64,000 bases of DNA from Eledone cirrhosa. Taxonomy: Eukaryota. Location: the NCBI GenBank assembly GCA_964016885.1, contig OZ024740.1:7254001-7318000 (forward strand). Direction: 5' to 3'. The notes under the pieces were generated by a model, which saw only the letters and a list, made by a program, of their open reading frames with translations, ran no database searches and was not told where the DNA came from. A program made the translations under genes and the position numbers. Positions within the stretch are counted from its first letter, which is position 1; each line of letters begins with the position of its first letter. Shown here in pieces: positions 16,167 to 29,316 of this stretch.

Positions 16167-19100
16167 GTTTCGATTAGTTTATCAGTTTCGATTGGTATGT
16201 CAGTTTCTATTGGTATGTCAGTTTCGATTAGTATATCAGTTCCTATTGGTATGTCAGTTTCGATTGGTATGTCAGTTTCTATTGGTATATCAGTTTCAAT
16301 TGGTATGTCAGTTTCGATTGGTATATGAGTTTCTATTGGTATGTCAGTTTCTATTGGTATATAAGTTTCTATTGGTATATCAGTTTCCATTGGTATGTCA
16401 GATTCGATTGGAATGTCAGTTTCTATTGGTATATCAGTTTCCATTGGTATGTCAGATTCGATTGGAATGTCAGTTTCTATTGGTATATCAGTTTCAATTG
16501 GTATGTTAGTTTCTATCGGTAAGTCAGCTTCAATTAGTATATCAGTTTCTATTGGTATGTCAGTTTCGATTGGTATATCAGTTTCAATTAGTATGTCAGT
16601 TTCTATTGGTATATCAATTTCGATTGGTATGTCAGTTTCGATTAGTATGTCAATTTCTATTGGAATGACAGTTTGTATTGGTATATCAGTTTCGATTGGT
16701 ATGTCAGTTTCGATTGGTATGTCAGTTTCGATTGGTATATCAGTTTCGATTGGTATATCAGTTTCTATTGGTATATCAGTTTCGATTGGTATGTCAGTTT
16801 CAATTAGTTTATAAGTTTCTATTGGTATGTCAGTTTCTATTGGTATGTCAGTGTCGATTATTATATCAGTTACTATTGGTATGTCAGTTTCGATCGTTAT
16901 ATCAATTTCGATTGGTATCTCAGTGATGATTGGTATGTCAGTTTCGATTGGTATGTCAATTTCGATTAGTATATCAGTTTCTATTGGTATGTCAGTTTCT
17001 CTTGGTATATCAGTTTCTATTGGTATGTCAGTTTCTCTTGGTATATCAGCTTCGATTATTATATCAGTTACTATTGGTACATCAGTTTCTATTGGTATGT
17101 CAGTTTTGATTACTATATCAGTTACTATTGGAATGTCAGTTTCGATTGGTATGTCAATTTCGATTGGTATATCAGATTCGATTGGTATGTCAGTTTCGAT
17201 TGGTATATCAGTTTCTATTGGTATGTCAGTTTCTATTGGTATATCAGTTTCGATTTGTATGTCAGTTTCTATTGGTATGTCAGTCTCGATAGGTATGTCA
17301 GTTTCTATTGGTATATCAGTTTCGATTGGTATGTCATTTTCGATAGGTATGTCAGTTTCTATGGGTATATCAGTTTCGATTGGTATGTCAGATTTGATTG
17401 GAATATCAGTTTCTATTGGTATATCAGTTTCGATTGGTATGTCAGTTTCTATTGGTATGTCAGTTTCGATTAGTATATCAGTTTCTATTGGTATGTCTGT
17501 TTCTATTGGTATATCAGTTTTGATTGGTATATCAGTTTCGATTGGTATGTCAGTTTCTATTGGTATATGAGTTTCTATTGGTATGTCAGTTTCTATTGGT
17601 ATATCAGTTTCAATTGGTAGGTCAGTTTCTATTGGTATGTCAGTTTCGATTAGTATATCAGTTTCTAATGTTATGTCAGTTTCGATTGGTATGTCAGTTT
17701 CTATTGGTATATCAGTTTTGATTGGTATATCAGTCTCGATTGGTATATCAGTTTATATTGGTATATCAGTTTCGATTGGTATGTCAGTTCTCTATTGGTA
17801 TATCAGTTTCAATTGGTATATCAGTTTCTATTCTTATATCAGTTTCTATTGGTATATGAGTTTCTATTGGAATATCAGTTTCTATTGGTATATCAGTTTC
17901 AATTGGTATGTCAGTTTCTATTGGTAAGTCAGCTTCGATTAGTATATCAGTTTCTATTGGTATATCAGTTTCGATTGGTATATCAGTTTCGATTGGTATA
18001 TCAGTTTCTATTGGTATATCAGTTTCGATTGGTATGTCAGTTTCGATTAGTTTATCAGTTTCGATTGGTATGTCAGTTTCTATTGGTATGTCAGTTTCGA
18101 TTAGTATATCAGTTCCTATTGGTATGTCAGTTTCGATTGGTATGTCAGTTTCTATTGGTATATCAGTTTCAATTGGTATGTCAGTTTCGATTGGTATATG
18201 AGTTTCTATTGGTATGTCAGTTTCTATTGGTATATAAGTTTCTATTGGTATATCAGTTTCCATTGGTGTGTCAGATTCGATTGGAATGTCAGTTTCTATT
18301 GGTATATCAGTTTCCATTGGTATGTCAGATTCGATTGGAATGTCAGTTTCTATTGGTATATCAGTTTCAATTAGTATGTCAGTTTCTATTGGTATATCAA
18401 TTTCGATTGGTATGTCAGTTTCGATTAGTATGTCAATTTCTATTGGAATGACAGTTTGTATTGGTATATCAGTTTCGATTGGTATGTCAGTTTCGATTGG
18501 TATGTCAGTTTCGATTGGTATATCAGTTTCGATTGGTATATCAGTTTCTATTGGTATATCAGTTTCGATTGGTATGTCAGTTTCAATTAGTTTATAAGTT
18601 TCTATTGGTATGTCAGTTTCTATTGGTATGTCAGTGTCGATTATTATATCAGTTACTATTGGTATGTCAGTTTCGATCGTTATATCAATTTCGATTGGTA
18701 TCTCAGTTACGATTGGTATGTCAGTTTCGATTGGTATGTCAATTTCGATTAGTATATCAGTTTCTATTGGTATGTCAGTTTCTCTTGGTATATCAGTTTC
18801 TATTGGTATGTCAGTTTCTCTTGGTATATCAGCTTCGATTATTATATCAGTTACTATTGGTACATCAATTTCTATTGGTATGTCAGTTTTGATTACTATA
18901 TCAGTTACTATTGGAATGTCAGTTTCGATTGGTATGTCAATTTCGATTGGTATATCAGATTCGATTGGTATGTCAGTTTCGATTGGTATATCAGTTTCTA
19001 TTGGTATGTCAGTTTCTATTGGTATATCAGTTTTGATTTGTATGTCAGTTTCTATTGGTATGTCAGTCTCGATAGGTATGTCAGTTTCTATTGGTATATC

Positions 19101-22100
19101 AGTTTCGATTGGTATGTCATTTTCGATAGGTATGTCAGTTTCTATGGGTATATCAGTTTCGATTGGTATGTCAGATTTGATTGGAATATCAGTTTCTATT
19201 GGTATATCAGTTTCGATTGGTATGTCAGTTTCTATTGGTATGTCAGTTTCGATTAGTATATCAGTTTCTATTGGTATGTCTGTTTCTATTGGTATATCAG
19301 TTTTGATTGGTATATCAGTTTCGATTGGTATGTCAGTTTCGATTGGTATATCAGTTTCGATTGGTATATCAGTTTCAATTAGTATGTAAGTTTCTATTGT
19401 TATATCAGTTTCGATTGGTATGTCACTTTCGATTAGTATGTCAATTTCTATTGGTATGTCAGTTTGTATTGGTATATCAGTTTCGATTGGTATGGCAGTT
19501 TCGATTGGTATGTCAGGTTCGATTGGTATATCAGTTTCGATTGGTATAGAAGTTTGTATTGGTATATCAGTTTGTATTGGTATATCAGTTTCGATTGGTA
19601 TGTCAGGTTCGATTGGTATATCAGTTTCGATTGGTATGTCACTTTCGATTGGTATATCAGTTTCGATTAGTATGTCAGTTTCTATAGTTATATTAGTTTT
19701 GATTGGTACATCAGTTTCGATTGGTATGTCAGTTTCGATTGGTAAATCAGTTTCGATTGGTATGTCAGTTTCTATTGGTATATCACTTTCGACTGGTATA
19801 TCAGTTTCGATTAGAATGTCAGTTTTGATTGGTATTTCAGTGTCCATTGGTATATCAGTTTGGATTGATATATCAGTTTTCGATTAGTATGTCAGTTTCT
19901 ATTGGTATGTCAGTTTCTATTGGTATATCAGTTCCTATTGGTATGTCAGTTTTGATTGGTATGTCAGTTTCTATTGGTATATCAGTTTTGATTGGTATAT
20001 CAGTCTCGATTGGTATATCAGTTTCTATTGGTATATCAGTTTCGATTGGTATGTCAGGTTCTATTGGTATATCAGTTTCAATTGGTATGTCAGTTTCTAT
20101 TGGTATATGAGTTTCTATTGGTATGTCAGTTTCTATTGGTATATCAGTTTCAATTGGTATGTTAGTTTCTATTGGTAAGTCAGCTTCGATTAGTATGTCA
20201 GTTTCTATAGGTATGTCAGTTTCGATTGGTATGTCAATTTCGATTGGTATATCAGTTTTGATTAGTATGTCAGTTTCTATTGGTATATCAGTTTCTATTG
20301 GTATATCAGTTTCAATTGGTATGTTAGTTTCTATTGGTAAGTCAGCTTCGATTAGTATGTCAGTTTCGATTGGTATGTCAGTTTCTGTTGGTATATCATT
20401 TTTGATTGGTATGTCAGTTTCTATTGGTATGTCAGTGTCGATTATTATATCAGTAACTATTGGTATGTCAGTTTCGATTGGTATGTCAGTTTCGATTAGT
20501 ATATCAGTTTCTATTGGTATGTCAGTTTCTATTGATATACCAGTTTGGATTGGTATATCAGATTCGATTGGTATGTCAGTTTCGATTGGTATGTCAGTTT
20601 CGATTGGTATATAAGTTTCTATTGGTATATCATTTTCCATAGGTATGTCAGATTTGATTGGTATATCAGTTTCGATTGGTATATTAGTTTTGATTGGTAC
20701 ATCAGTTTCTATTGGTATGTCAGTTTTGATTACTATATCAGTTACTATTGGAATGTCAGTTTCGATTGGTATGTCAATTTCGATAGGTATATCAGATTCG
20801 ATTGGTATGTCAGTTTCGATTGGTATATCAGTTTCTATTGGTATGTCAGTTTCTATTGGTATATCAGTTTCGATTTGTATGTCAGTTTCTATTGGTATGT
20901 CAGTCTCGATAGGTATGTCAGTTACTATTGGTATATCAGTTTCGATTGGTATGTCATTTTCGATAGGTATGTCAGTTTCTATGGGTATATCAGTTTCGAT
21001 TGGTATGTCAGATTTGATTGGAATATCAGTTTCTATTGGTATATCAGTTTCGATTGGTATGTCAGTTTCTATTGGTATGTCAGTTTCGATTAATATATCA
21101 GTTTCTATTGGTATGTCTGTTTCTATTGGTATATCAGTTTTGATTGGTATATCAGTTTCGATTGGTATGTCAGTTTCGATTGGTATATCAGTTTCGATTG
21201 GTATATCAGTTTCAATTAGTATGTAAGTTTCTATTGTTATATCAGTTTCGATTGGTATGTCACTTTCGATTAGTATGTCAATTTCTATTGGTATGTCAGT
21301 TTGTATTGGTATATCAGTTTCGATTGGTATGGCAGTTTCGATTGGTATGTCAGGTTCGATTGGTATATCAGTTTCGATTGGTATAGAAGTTTGTATTGGT
21401 ATATCAGTTTCTATTGGTATATCAGTTTCGATTGGTATATCAGTTTCAATTAGTATGTAAGTTTCTATTGTTATATCAGTTTCGATTGGTATGTCACTTT
21501 CGATTAGTATGTCAATTTCTATTGGTATGTCAGTTTGTATTGGTATATCAGTTTCGATTGGTATGTCAATTTCGATTGGTATATCAGATTCGATTGGTAT
21601 GTCAGTTTCGATTGGTATATCAGTCTCGATTGGTATATCAGTTTCTATTGGTATATCAGTTTCGATTGGTATGTCAGGTTCTATTGGTATATCAGTTTCA
21701 ATTGGTATGTCAGTTTCTATTGGTATATGAGTTTCTATTGGTATGTCATTTTCGATAGGTATGTCAGTTTCAATTGGTATGTTAGTTTCTATTGGTAAGT
21801 CAGCTTCGATTAGTATGTCAGTTTCTATAGGTATGTCAGTTTCGATTGGTATGTCAGTTTCTATTGGTATATCAGTTTTGATTGGTATATCAGTCTCGAT
21901 TGGTATATCAGTTTATATTGGTATATCAGTTTCGATTGGTATGTCAGTTCTCTATTGGTATATCAGTTTCAATTGGTATATCAGTTTCTATTCTTATATC
22001 AGTTTCTATTGGTATATGAGTTTCTATTGGAATATCAGTTTCAATTGGTATATCAGTTTCAATTGGTATGTCAGTTTCTATTGGTAAGTCAGCTTCGATT

Positions 22101-23705
22101 AGTATATCAGTTTCTATTGGTATATCAGTTTCGATTGGTATATCAGTTTCGATTGGTATATCAGTTTCTATTGGTATATCAGTTTCGATTGGTATGTCAG
22201 TTTCGATTAGTTTATCAGTTTCGATTGGTATGTCAGTTTCTATTGGTATGTCAGTTTCGATTAGTATATCAGTTCCTATTGGTATGTCAGTTTCGATTGG
22301 TATGTCAGTTTCTATTGGTATATCAGTTTCAATTGGTATGTCAGTTTCGATTGGTATATGAGTTTCTATTGGTATGTCAGTTTCTATTGGTATATAAGTT
22401 TCTATTGGTATATCAGTTTCCATTGGTATGTCAGATTCGATTGGAATGTCAGTTTCTATTGGTATATCAGTTTCCATTGGTATGTCAGATTCGATTGGAA
22501 TGTCAGTTTCTATTGGTATATCAGTTTCAATTGGTATGTTAGTTTCTATCGGTAAGTCAGCTTCAATTAGTATATCAGTTTCTATTGGTATGTCAGTTTC
22601 GATTGGTATATCAGTTTCAATTAGTATGTCAGTTTCTATTGGTATATCAATTTCGATTGGTATGTCAGTTTCGATTAGTATGTCAATTTCTATTGGAATG
22701 ACAGTTTGTATTGGTATATCAGTTTCGATTGGTATGTCAGTTTCGATTGGTATGTCAGTTTCGATTGGTATATCAGTTTCGATTGGTATATCAGTTTCTA
22801 TTGGTATATCAGTTTCGATTGGTATGTCAGTTTCAATTAGTTTATAAGTTTCTATTGGTATGTCAGTTTCTATTGGTATGTCAGTGTCGATTATTATATC
22901 AGTTACTATTGGTATGTCAGTTTCGATCGTTATATCAATTTCGATTGGTATCTCAGTGATAATTGGTATGTCAGTTTCGATTGGTATGTCAATTTCGATT
23001 AGTATATCAGTTTCTATTGGTATGTCAGTTTCTCTTGGTATATCAGTTTCTATTGGTATGTCAGTTTCTCTTGGTATATCAGCTTCGATTATTATATCAG
23101 TTACTATTGGTACATCAGTTTCTATTGGTATGTCAGTTTTGATTACTATATCAGTTACTATTGGAATGTCAGTTTCGATTGGTATGTCAATTTCGATTGG
23201 TATATCAGATTCGATTGGTATGTCAGTTTCGATTGGTATATCAGTTTCTATTGGTATGTCAGTTTCTATTGGTATATCAGTTTCGATTTGTATGTCAGTT
23301 TCTATTGGTATGTCAGTCTCGATAGGTATGTCAGTTTCTATTGGTATATCAGTTTCGATTGGTATGTCATTTTCGATAGGTATGTCAGTTTCTATGGGTA
23401 TATCAGTTTCGATTGGTATGTCAGATTTGATTGGAATATCAGTTTCTATTGGTATATCAGTTTCGATTGGTATGTCAGTTTCTATTGGTATGTCAGTTTC
23501 GATTAGTATATCAGTTTCCATTGGTATGTCTGTTTCTATTGGTATATCAGTTTTGATTGGTATATCAGTTTCGATTGGTATGTCAGTTTCTATTGGTATA
23601 TGAGTTTCTATTGGTATGTCAGTTTCTATTGGTATATCAGTTTCAATTGGTAGGTCAGTTTCTATTGGTATGTCAGTTTCGATTAGTATATCAGTTTCTA
23701 ATGTT

Positions 23706-26700
23706 ATGTCAGTTTCGATTGGTATGTCAGTTTCTATTGGTATATCAGTTTTGATTGGTATATCAGTCTCGATTGGTATATCAGTTTATATTGGTATATC
23801 AGTTTCGATTGGTATGTCAGTTCTCTATTGGTATATCAGTTTCAATTGGTATATCAGTTTCTATTCTTATATCAGTTTCTATTGGTATATGAGTTTCTAT
23901 TGGAATATCAGTTTCAATTGGTATATCAGTTTCAATTGGTATGTCAGTTTCTATTGGTAAGTCAGCTTCGATTAGTATATCAGTTTCTATTGGTATATCA
24001 GTTTCGATTGGTATATCAGTTTCGATTGGTATATCAGTTTCTATTGGTATATCAGTTTCGATTGGTATGTCAGTTTCGATTAGTTTATCAGTTTCGATTG
24101 GTATGTCAGTTTCTATTGGTATGTCAGTTTCGATTAGTATATCAGTTCCTATTGGTATGTCAGTTTCGATTGGTATGTCAGTTTCTATTGGTATATCAGT
24201 TTCAATTGGTATGTCAGTTTCGATTGGTATATGAGTTTCTATTGGTATGTCAGTTTCTATTGGTATATAAGTTTCTATTGGTATATCAGTTTCCATTGGT
24301 ATGTCAGATTCGATTGGAATGTCAGTTTCTATTGGTATATCAGTTTCCATTGGTATGTCAGATTCGATTGGAATGTCAGTTTCTATTGGTATATCAGTTT
24401 CAATTGGTATGTTAGTTTCTATCGGTAAGTCAGCTTCAATTAGTATATCAGTTTCTATTGGTATGTCAGTTTCGATTGGTATATCAGTTTCAATTAGTAT
24501 GTCAGTTTCTATTGGTATATCAATTTCGATTGGTATGTCAGTTTCGATTAGTATGTCAATTTCTATTGGAATGACAGTTTGTATTGGTATATCAGTTTCG
24601 ATTGGTATGTCAGTTTCGATTGGTATGTCAGTTTCGATTGGTATATCAGTTTCGATTGGTATATCAGTTTCTATTGGTATATCAGTTTCGATTGGTATGT
24701 CAGTTTCAATTAGTTCATAAGTTTCTATTGGTATGTCAGTTTCTATTGGTATGTCAGTGTCGATTATTATATCAGTTACTATTGGTATGTCAGTTTCGAT
24801 CGTTATATCAATTTCGATTGGTATCTCAGTGATGATTGGTATGTCAGTTTCGATTGGTATGTCAATTTCGATTAGTATATCAGTTTCTATTGGTATGTCA
24901 GTTTCTCTTGGTATATCAGTTTCTATTGGTATGTCAGTTTCTCTTGGTATATCAGCTTCGATTATTATATCAGTTACTATTGGTACATCAGTTTCTATTG
25001 GTATGTCAGTTTTGATTACTATATCAGTTACTATTGGAATGTCAGTTTCGATTGGTATGTCAATTTCGATTGGTATATCAGATTCGATTGGTATGTCAGT
25101 TTCGATTGGTATATCAGTTTCTATTGGTATGTCAGTTTCTATTGGTATATCAGTTTCGATTTGTATGTCAGTTTCTATTGGTATGTCAGTCTCGATAGGT
25201 ATGTCAGTTTCTATTGGTATATCAGTTTCGATTGGTATGTCATTTTCGATAGGTATGTCAGTTTCTATGGGTATATCAGTTTCGATTGGTATGTCAGATT
25301 TGATTGGAATATCAGTTTCTATTGGTATATCAGTTTCGATTGGTATGTCAGTTTCTATTGGTATGTCAGTTTCGATTAGTATATCAGTTTCTATTGGTAT
25401 GTCTGTTTCTATTGGTATATCAGTTTTGATTGGTATATCAGTTTCGATTGGTATGTCAGTTTCTATTGGTATATGAGTTTCTATTGGTATGTCAGTTTCT
25501 ATTGGTATATCAGTTTCAATTGGTAGGTCAGTTTCTATTGGTATGTCAGTTTCGATTAGTATATCAGTTTCTAATGTTATGTCAGTTTCGATTGGTATGT
25601 CAGTTTCTATTGGTATATCAGTTTTGATTGGTATATCAGTCTCGATTGGTATATCAGTTTATATTGGTATATCAGTTTCGATTGGTATGTCAGTTCTCTA
25701 TTGGTATATCAGTTTCAATTGGTATATCAGTTTCTATTCTTATATCAGTTTCTATTGGTATATGAGTTTCTATTGGAATATCAGTTTCTATTGGTATATC
25801 AGTTTCAATTGGTATGTCAGTTTCTATTGGTAAGTCAGCTTCGATTAGTATATCAGTTTCTATTGGTATATCAGTTTCGATTGGTATATCAGTTTCGATT
25901 GGTATATCAGTTTCTATTGGTATATCAGTTTCGATTGGTATGTCAGTTTCGATTAGTTTATCAGTTTCGATTGGTATGTCAGTTTCTATTGGTATGTCAG
26001 TTTCGATTAGTATATCAGTTCCTATTGGTATGTCAGTTTCGATTGGTATGTCAGTTTCTATTGGTATATCAGTTTCAATTGGTATGTCAGTTTCGATTGG
26101 TATATGAGTTTCTATTGGTATGTCAGTTTCTATTGGTATATAAGTTTCTATTGGTATATCAGTTTCCATTGGTATGTCAGATTCGATTGGAATGTCAGTT
26201 TCTATTGGTATATCAGTTTCCATTGGTATGTCAGATTCGATTGGAATGTCAGTTTCTATTGGTATATCAGTTTCAATTAGTATGTCAGTTTCTATTGGTA
26301 TATCAATTTCGATTGGTATGTCAGTTTCGATTAGTATGTCAATTTCTATTGGAATGACAGTTTGTATTGGTATATCAGTTTCGATTGGTATGTCAGTTTC
26401 GATTGGTATGTCAGTTTCGATTGGTATATCAGTTTCGATTGGTATATCAGTTTCTATTGGTATATCAGTTTCGATTGGTATGTCAGTTTCAATTAGTTTA
26501 TAAGTTTCTATTGGTATGTCAGTTTCTATTGGTATGTCAGTGTCGATTATTATATCAGTTACTATTGGTATGTCAGTTTCGATCGTTATATCAATTTCGA
26601 TTGGTATCTCAGTTACGATTGGTATGTCAGTTTCGATTGGTATGTCAATTTCGATTAGTATATCAGTTTCTATTGGTATGTCAGTTTCTCTTGGTATATC

Positions 26701-29316
26701 AGTTTCTATTGGTATGTCAGTTTCTCTTGGTATATCAGCTTCGATTATTATATCAGTTACTATTGGTACATCAGTTTCTATTGGTATGTCAGTTTTGATT
26801 ACTATATCAGTTACTATTGGAATGTCAGTTTCGATTGGTATGTCAATTTCGATTGGTATATCAGATTCGATTGGTATGTCAGTTTCGATTGGTATATCAG
26901 TTTCTATTGGTATGTCAGTTTCTATTGGTATATCAGTTTTGATTTGTATGTCAGTTTCTATTGGTATGTCAGTCTCGATAGGTATGTCAGTTTCTATTGG
27001 TATATCAGTTTCGATTGGTATGTCATTTTCGATAGGTATGTCAGTTTCTATGGGTATATCAGTTTCGATTGGTATGTCAGATTTGATTGGAATATCAGTT
27101 TCTATTGGTATATCAGTTTCGATTGGTATGTCAGTTTCTATTGGTATGTCAGTTTCGATTAGTATATCAGTTTCTATTGGTATGTCTGTTTCTATTGGTA
27201 TATCAGTTTTGATTGGTATATCAGTTTCGATTGGTATGTCAGTTTCGATTGGTATATCAGTTTCGATTGGTATATCAGTTTCAATTAGTATGTAAGTTTC
27301 TATTGTTATATCAGTTTCGATTGGTATGTCACTTTCGATTAGTATGTCAATTTCTATTGGTATGTCAGTTTGTATTGGTATATCAGTTTCGATTGGTATG
27401 GCAGTTTCGATTGGTATGTCAGGTTCGATTGGTATATCAGTTTCGATTGGTATAGAAGTTTGTATTGGTATATCAGTTTGTATTGGTATATCAGTTTCGA
27501 TTGGTATGTCAGGTTCGATTGGTATATCAGTTTCGATTGGTATGTCACTTTCGATTGGTATATCAGTTTCGATTAGTATGTCAGTTTCTATAGTTATATT
27601 AGTTTTGATTGGTACATCAGTTTCGATTGGTATGTCAGTTTCGATTGGTAAATCAGTTTCGATTGGTATGTCAGTTTCTATTGGTATATCACTTTCGACT
27701 GGTATATCAGTTTCGATTAGAATGTCAGTTTTGATTGGTATTTCAGTGTCCATTGGTATATCAGTTTGGATTGATATATCAGTTTTCGATTAGTATGTCA
27801 GTTTCTATTGGTATGTCAGTTTCTATTGGTATATCAGTTCCTATTGGTATGTCAGTTTTGATTGGTATGTCAGTTTCTATTGGTATATCAGTTTTGATTG
27901 GTATATCAGTCTCGATTGGTATATCAGTTTCTATTGGTATATCAGTTTCGATTGGTATGTCAGGTTCTATTGGTATATCAGTTTCAATTGGTATGTCAGT
28001 TTCTATTGGTATATGAGTTTCTATTGGTATGTCAGTTTCTATTGGTATATCAGTTTCAATTGGTATGTTAGTTTCTATTGGTAAGTCAGCTTCGATTAGT
28101 ATGTCAGTTTCTATAGGTATGTCAGTTTCGATTGGTATGTCAATTTCGATTGGTATATCAGTTTTGATTAGTATGTCAGTTTCTATTGGTATATCAGTTT
28201 CTATTGGTATATCAGTTTCAATTGGTATGTTAGTTTCTATTGGTAAGTCAGCTTCGATTAGTATGTCAGTTTCGATTGGTATGTCAGTTTCTGTTGGTAT
28301 ATCATTTTTGATTGGTATGTCAGTTTCTATTGGTATGTCAGTGTCGATTATTATATCAGTAACTATTGGTATGTCAGTTTCGATTGGTATGTCAGTTTCG
28401 ATTAGTATATCAGTTTCTATTGGTATGTCAGTTTCTATTGATATACCAGTTTGGATTGGTATATCAGATTCGATTGGTATGTCAGTTTCGATTGGTATGT
28501 CAGTTTCGATTGGTATATAAGTTTCTATTGGTATATCATTTTCCATAGGTATGTCAGATTTGATTGGTATATCAGTTTCGATTGGTATATTAGTTTTGAT
28601 TGGTACATCAGTTTCTATTGGTATGTCAGTTTTGATTACTATATCAGTTACTATTGGAATGTCAGTTTCGATTGGTATGTCAATTTCGATTGGTATATCA
28701 GATTCGATTGGTATGTCAGTTTCGATTGGTATATCAGTTTCTATTGGTATGTCAGTTTCTATTGGTATATCAGTTTCGATTTGTATGTCAGTTTCTATTG
28801 GTATGTCAGTCTCGATAGGTATGTCAGTTACTATTGGTATATCAGTTTCGATTGGTATGTCATTTTCGATAGGTATGTCAGTTTCTATGGGTATATCAGT
28901 TTCGATTGGTATGTCAGATTTGATTGGAATATCAGTTTCTATTGGTATATCAGTTTCGATTGGTATGTCAGTTTCTATTGGTATGTCAGTTTCGATTAGT
29001 ATATCAGTTTCTATTGGTATGTCTGTTTCTATTGGTATATCAGTTTTGATTGGTATATCAGTTTCGATTGGTATGTCAGTTTCGATTGGTATATCAGTTT
29101 CGATTGGTATATCAGTTTCAATTAGTATGTAAGTTTCTATTGTTATATCAGTTTCGATTGGTATGTCACTTTCGATTAGTATGTCAATTTCTATTGGTAT
29201 GTCAGTTTGTATTGGTATATCAGTTTCGATTGGTATGGCAGTTTCGATTGGTATGTCAGGTTCGATTGGTATATCAGTTTCGATTGGTATAGAAGTTTGT
29301 ATTGGTATATCAGTTT
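23706..29316. repeat. Higher-order copy of ~15800-21410 (offset 7,906 bp)
   Basis: ORF pairs 15911/23817, 17784/25690 and 20123/28029. 7906 = 439x18+4. Boundaries are approximate. Confidence 0.88.
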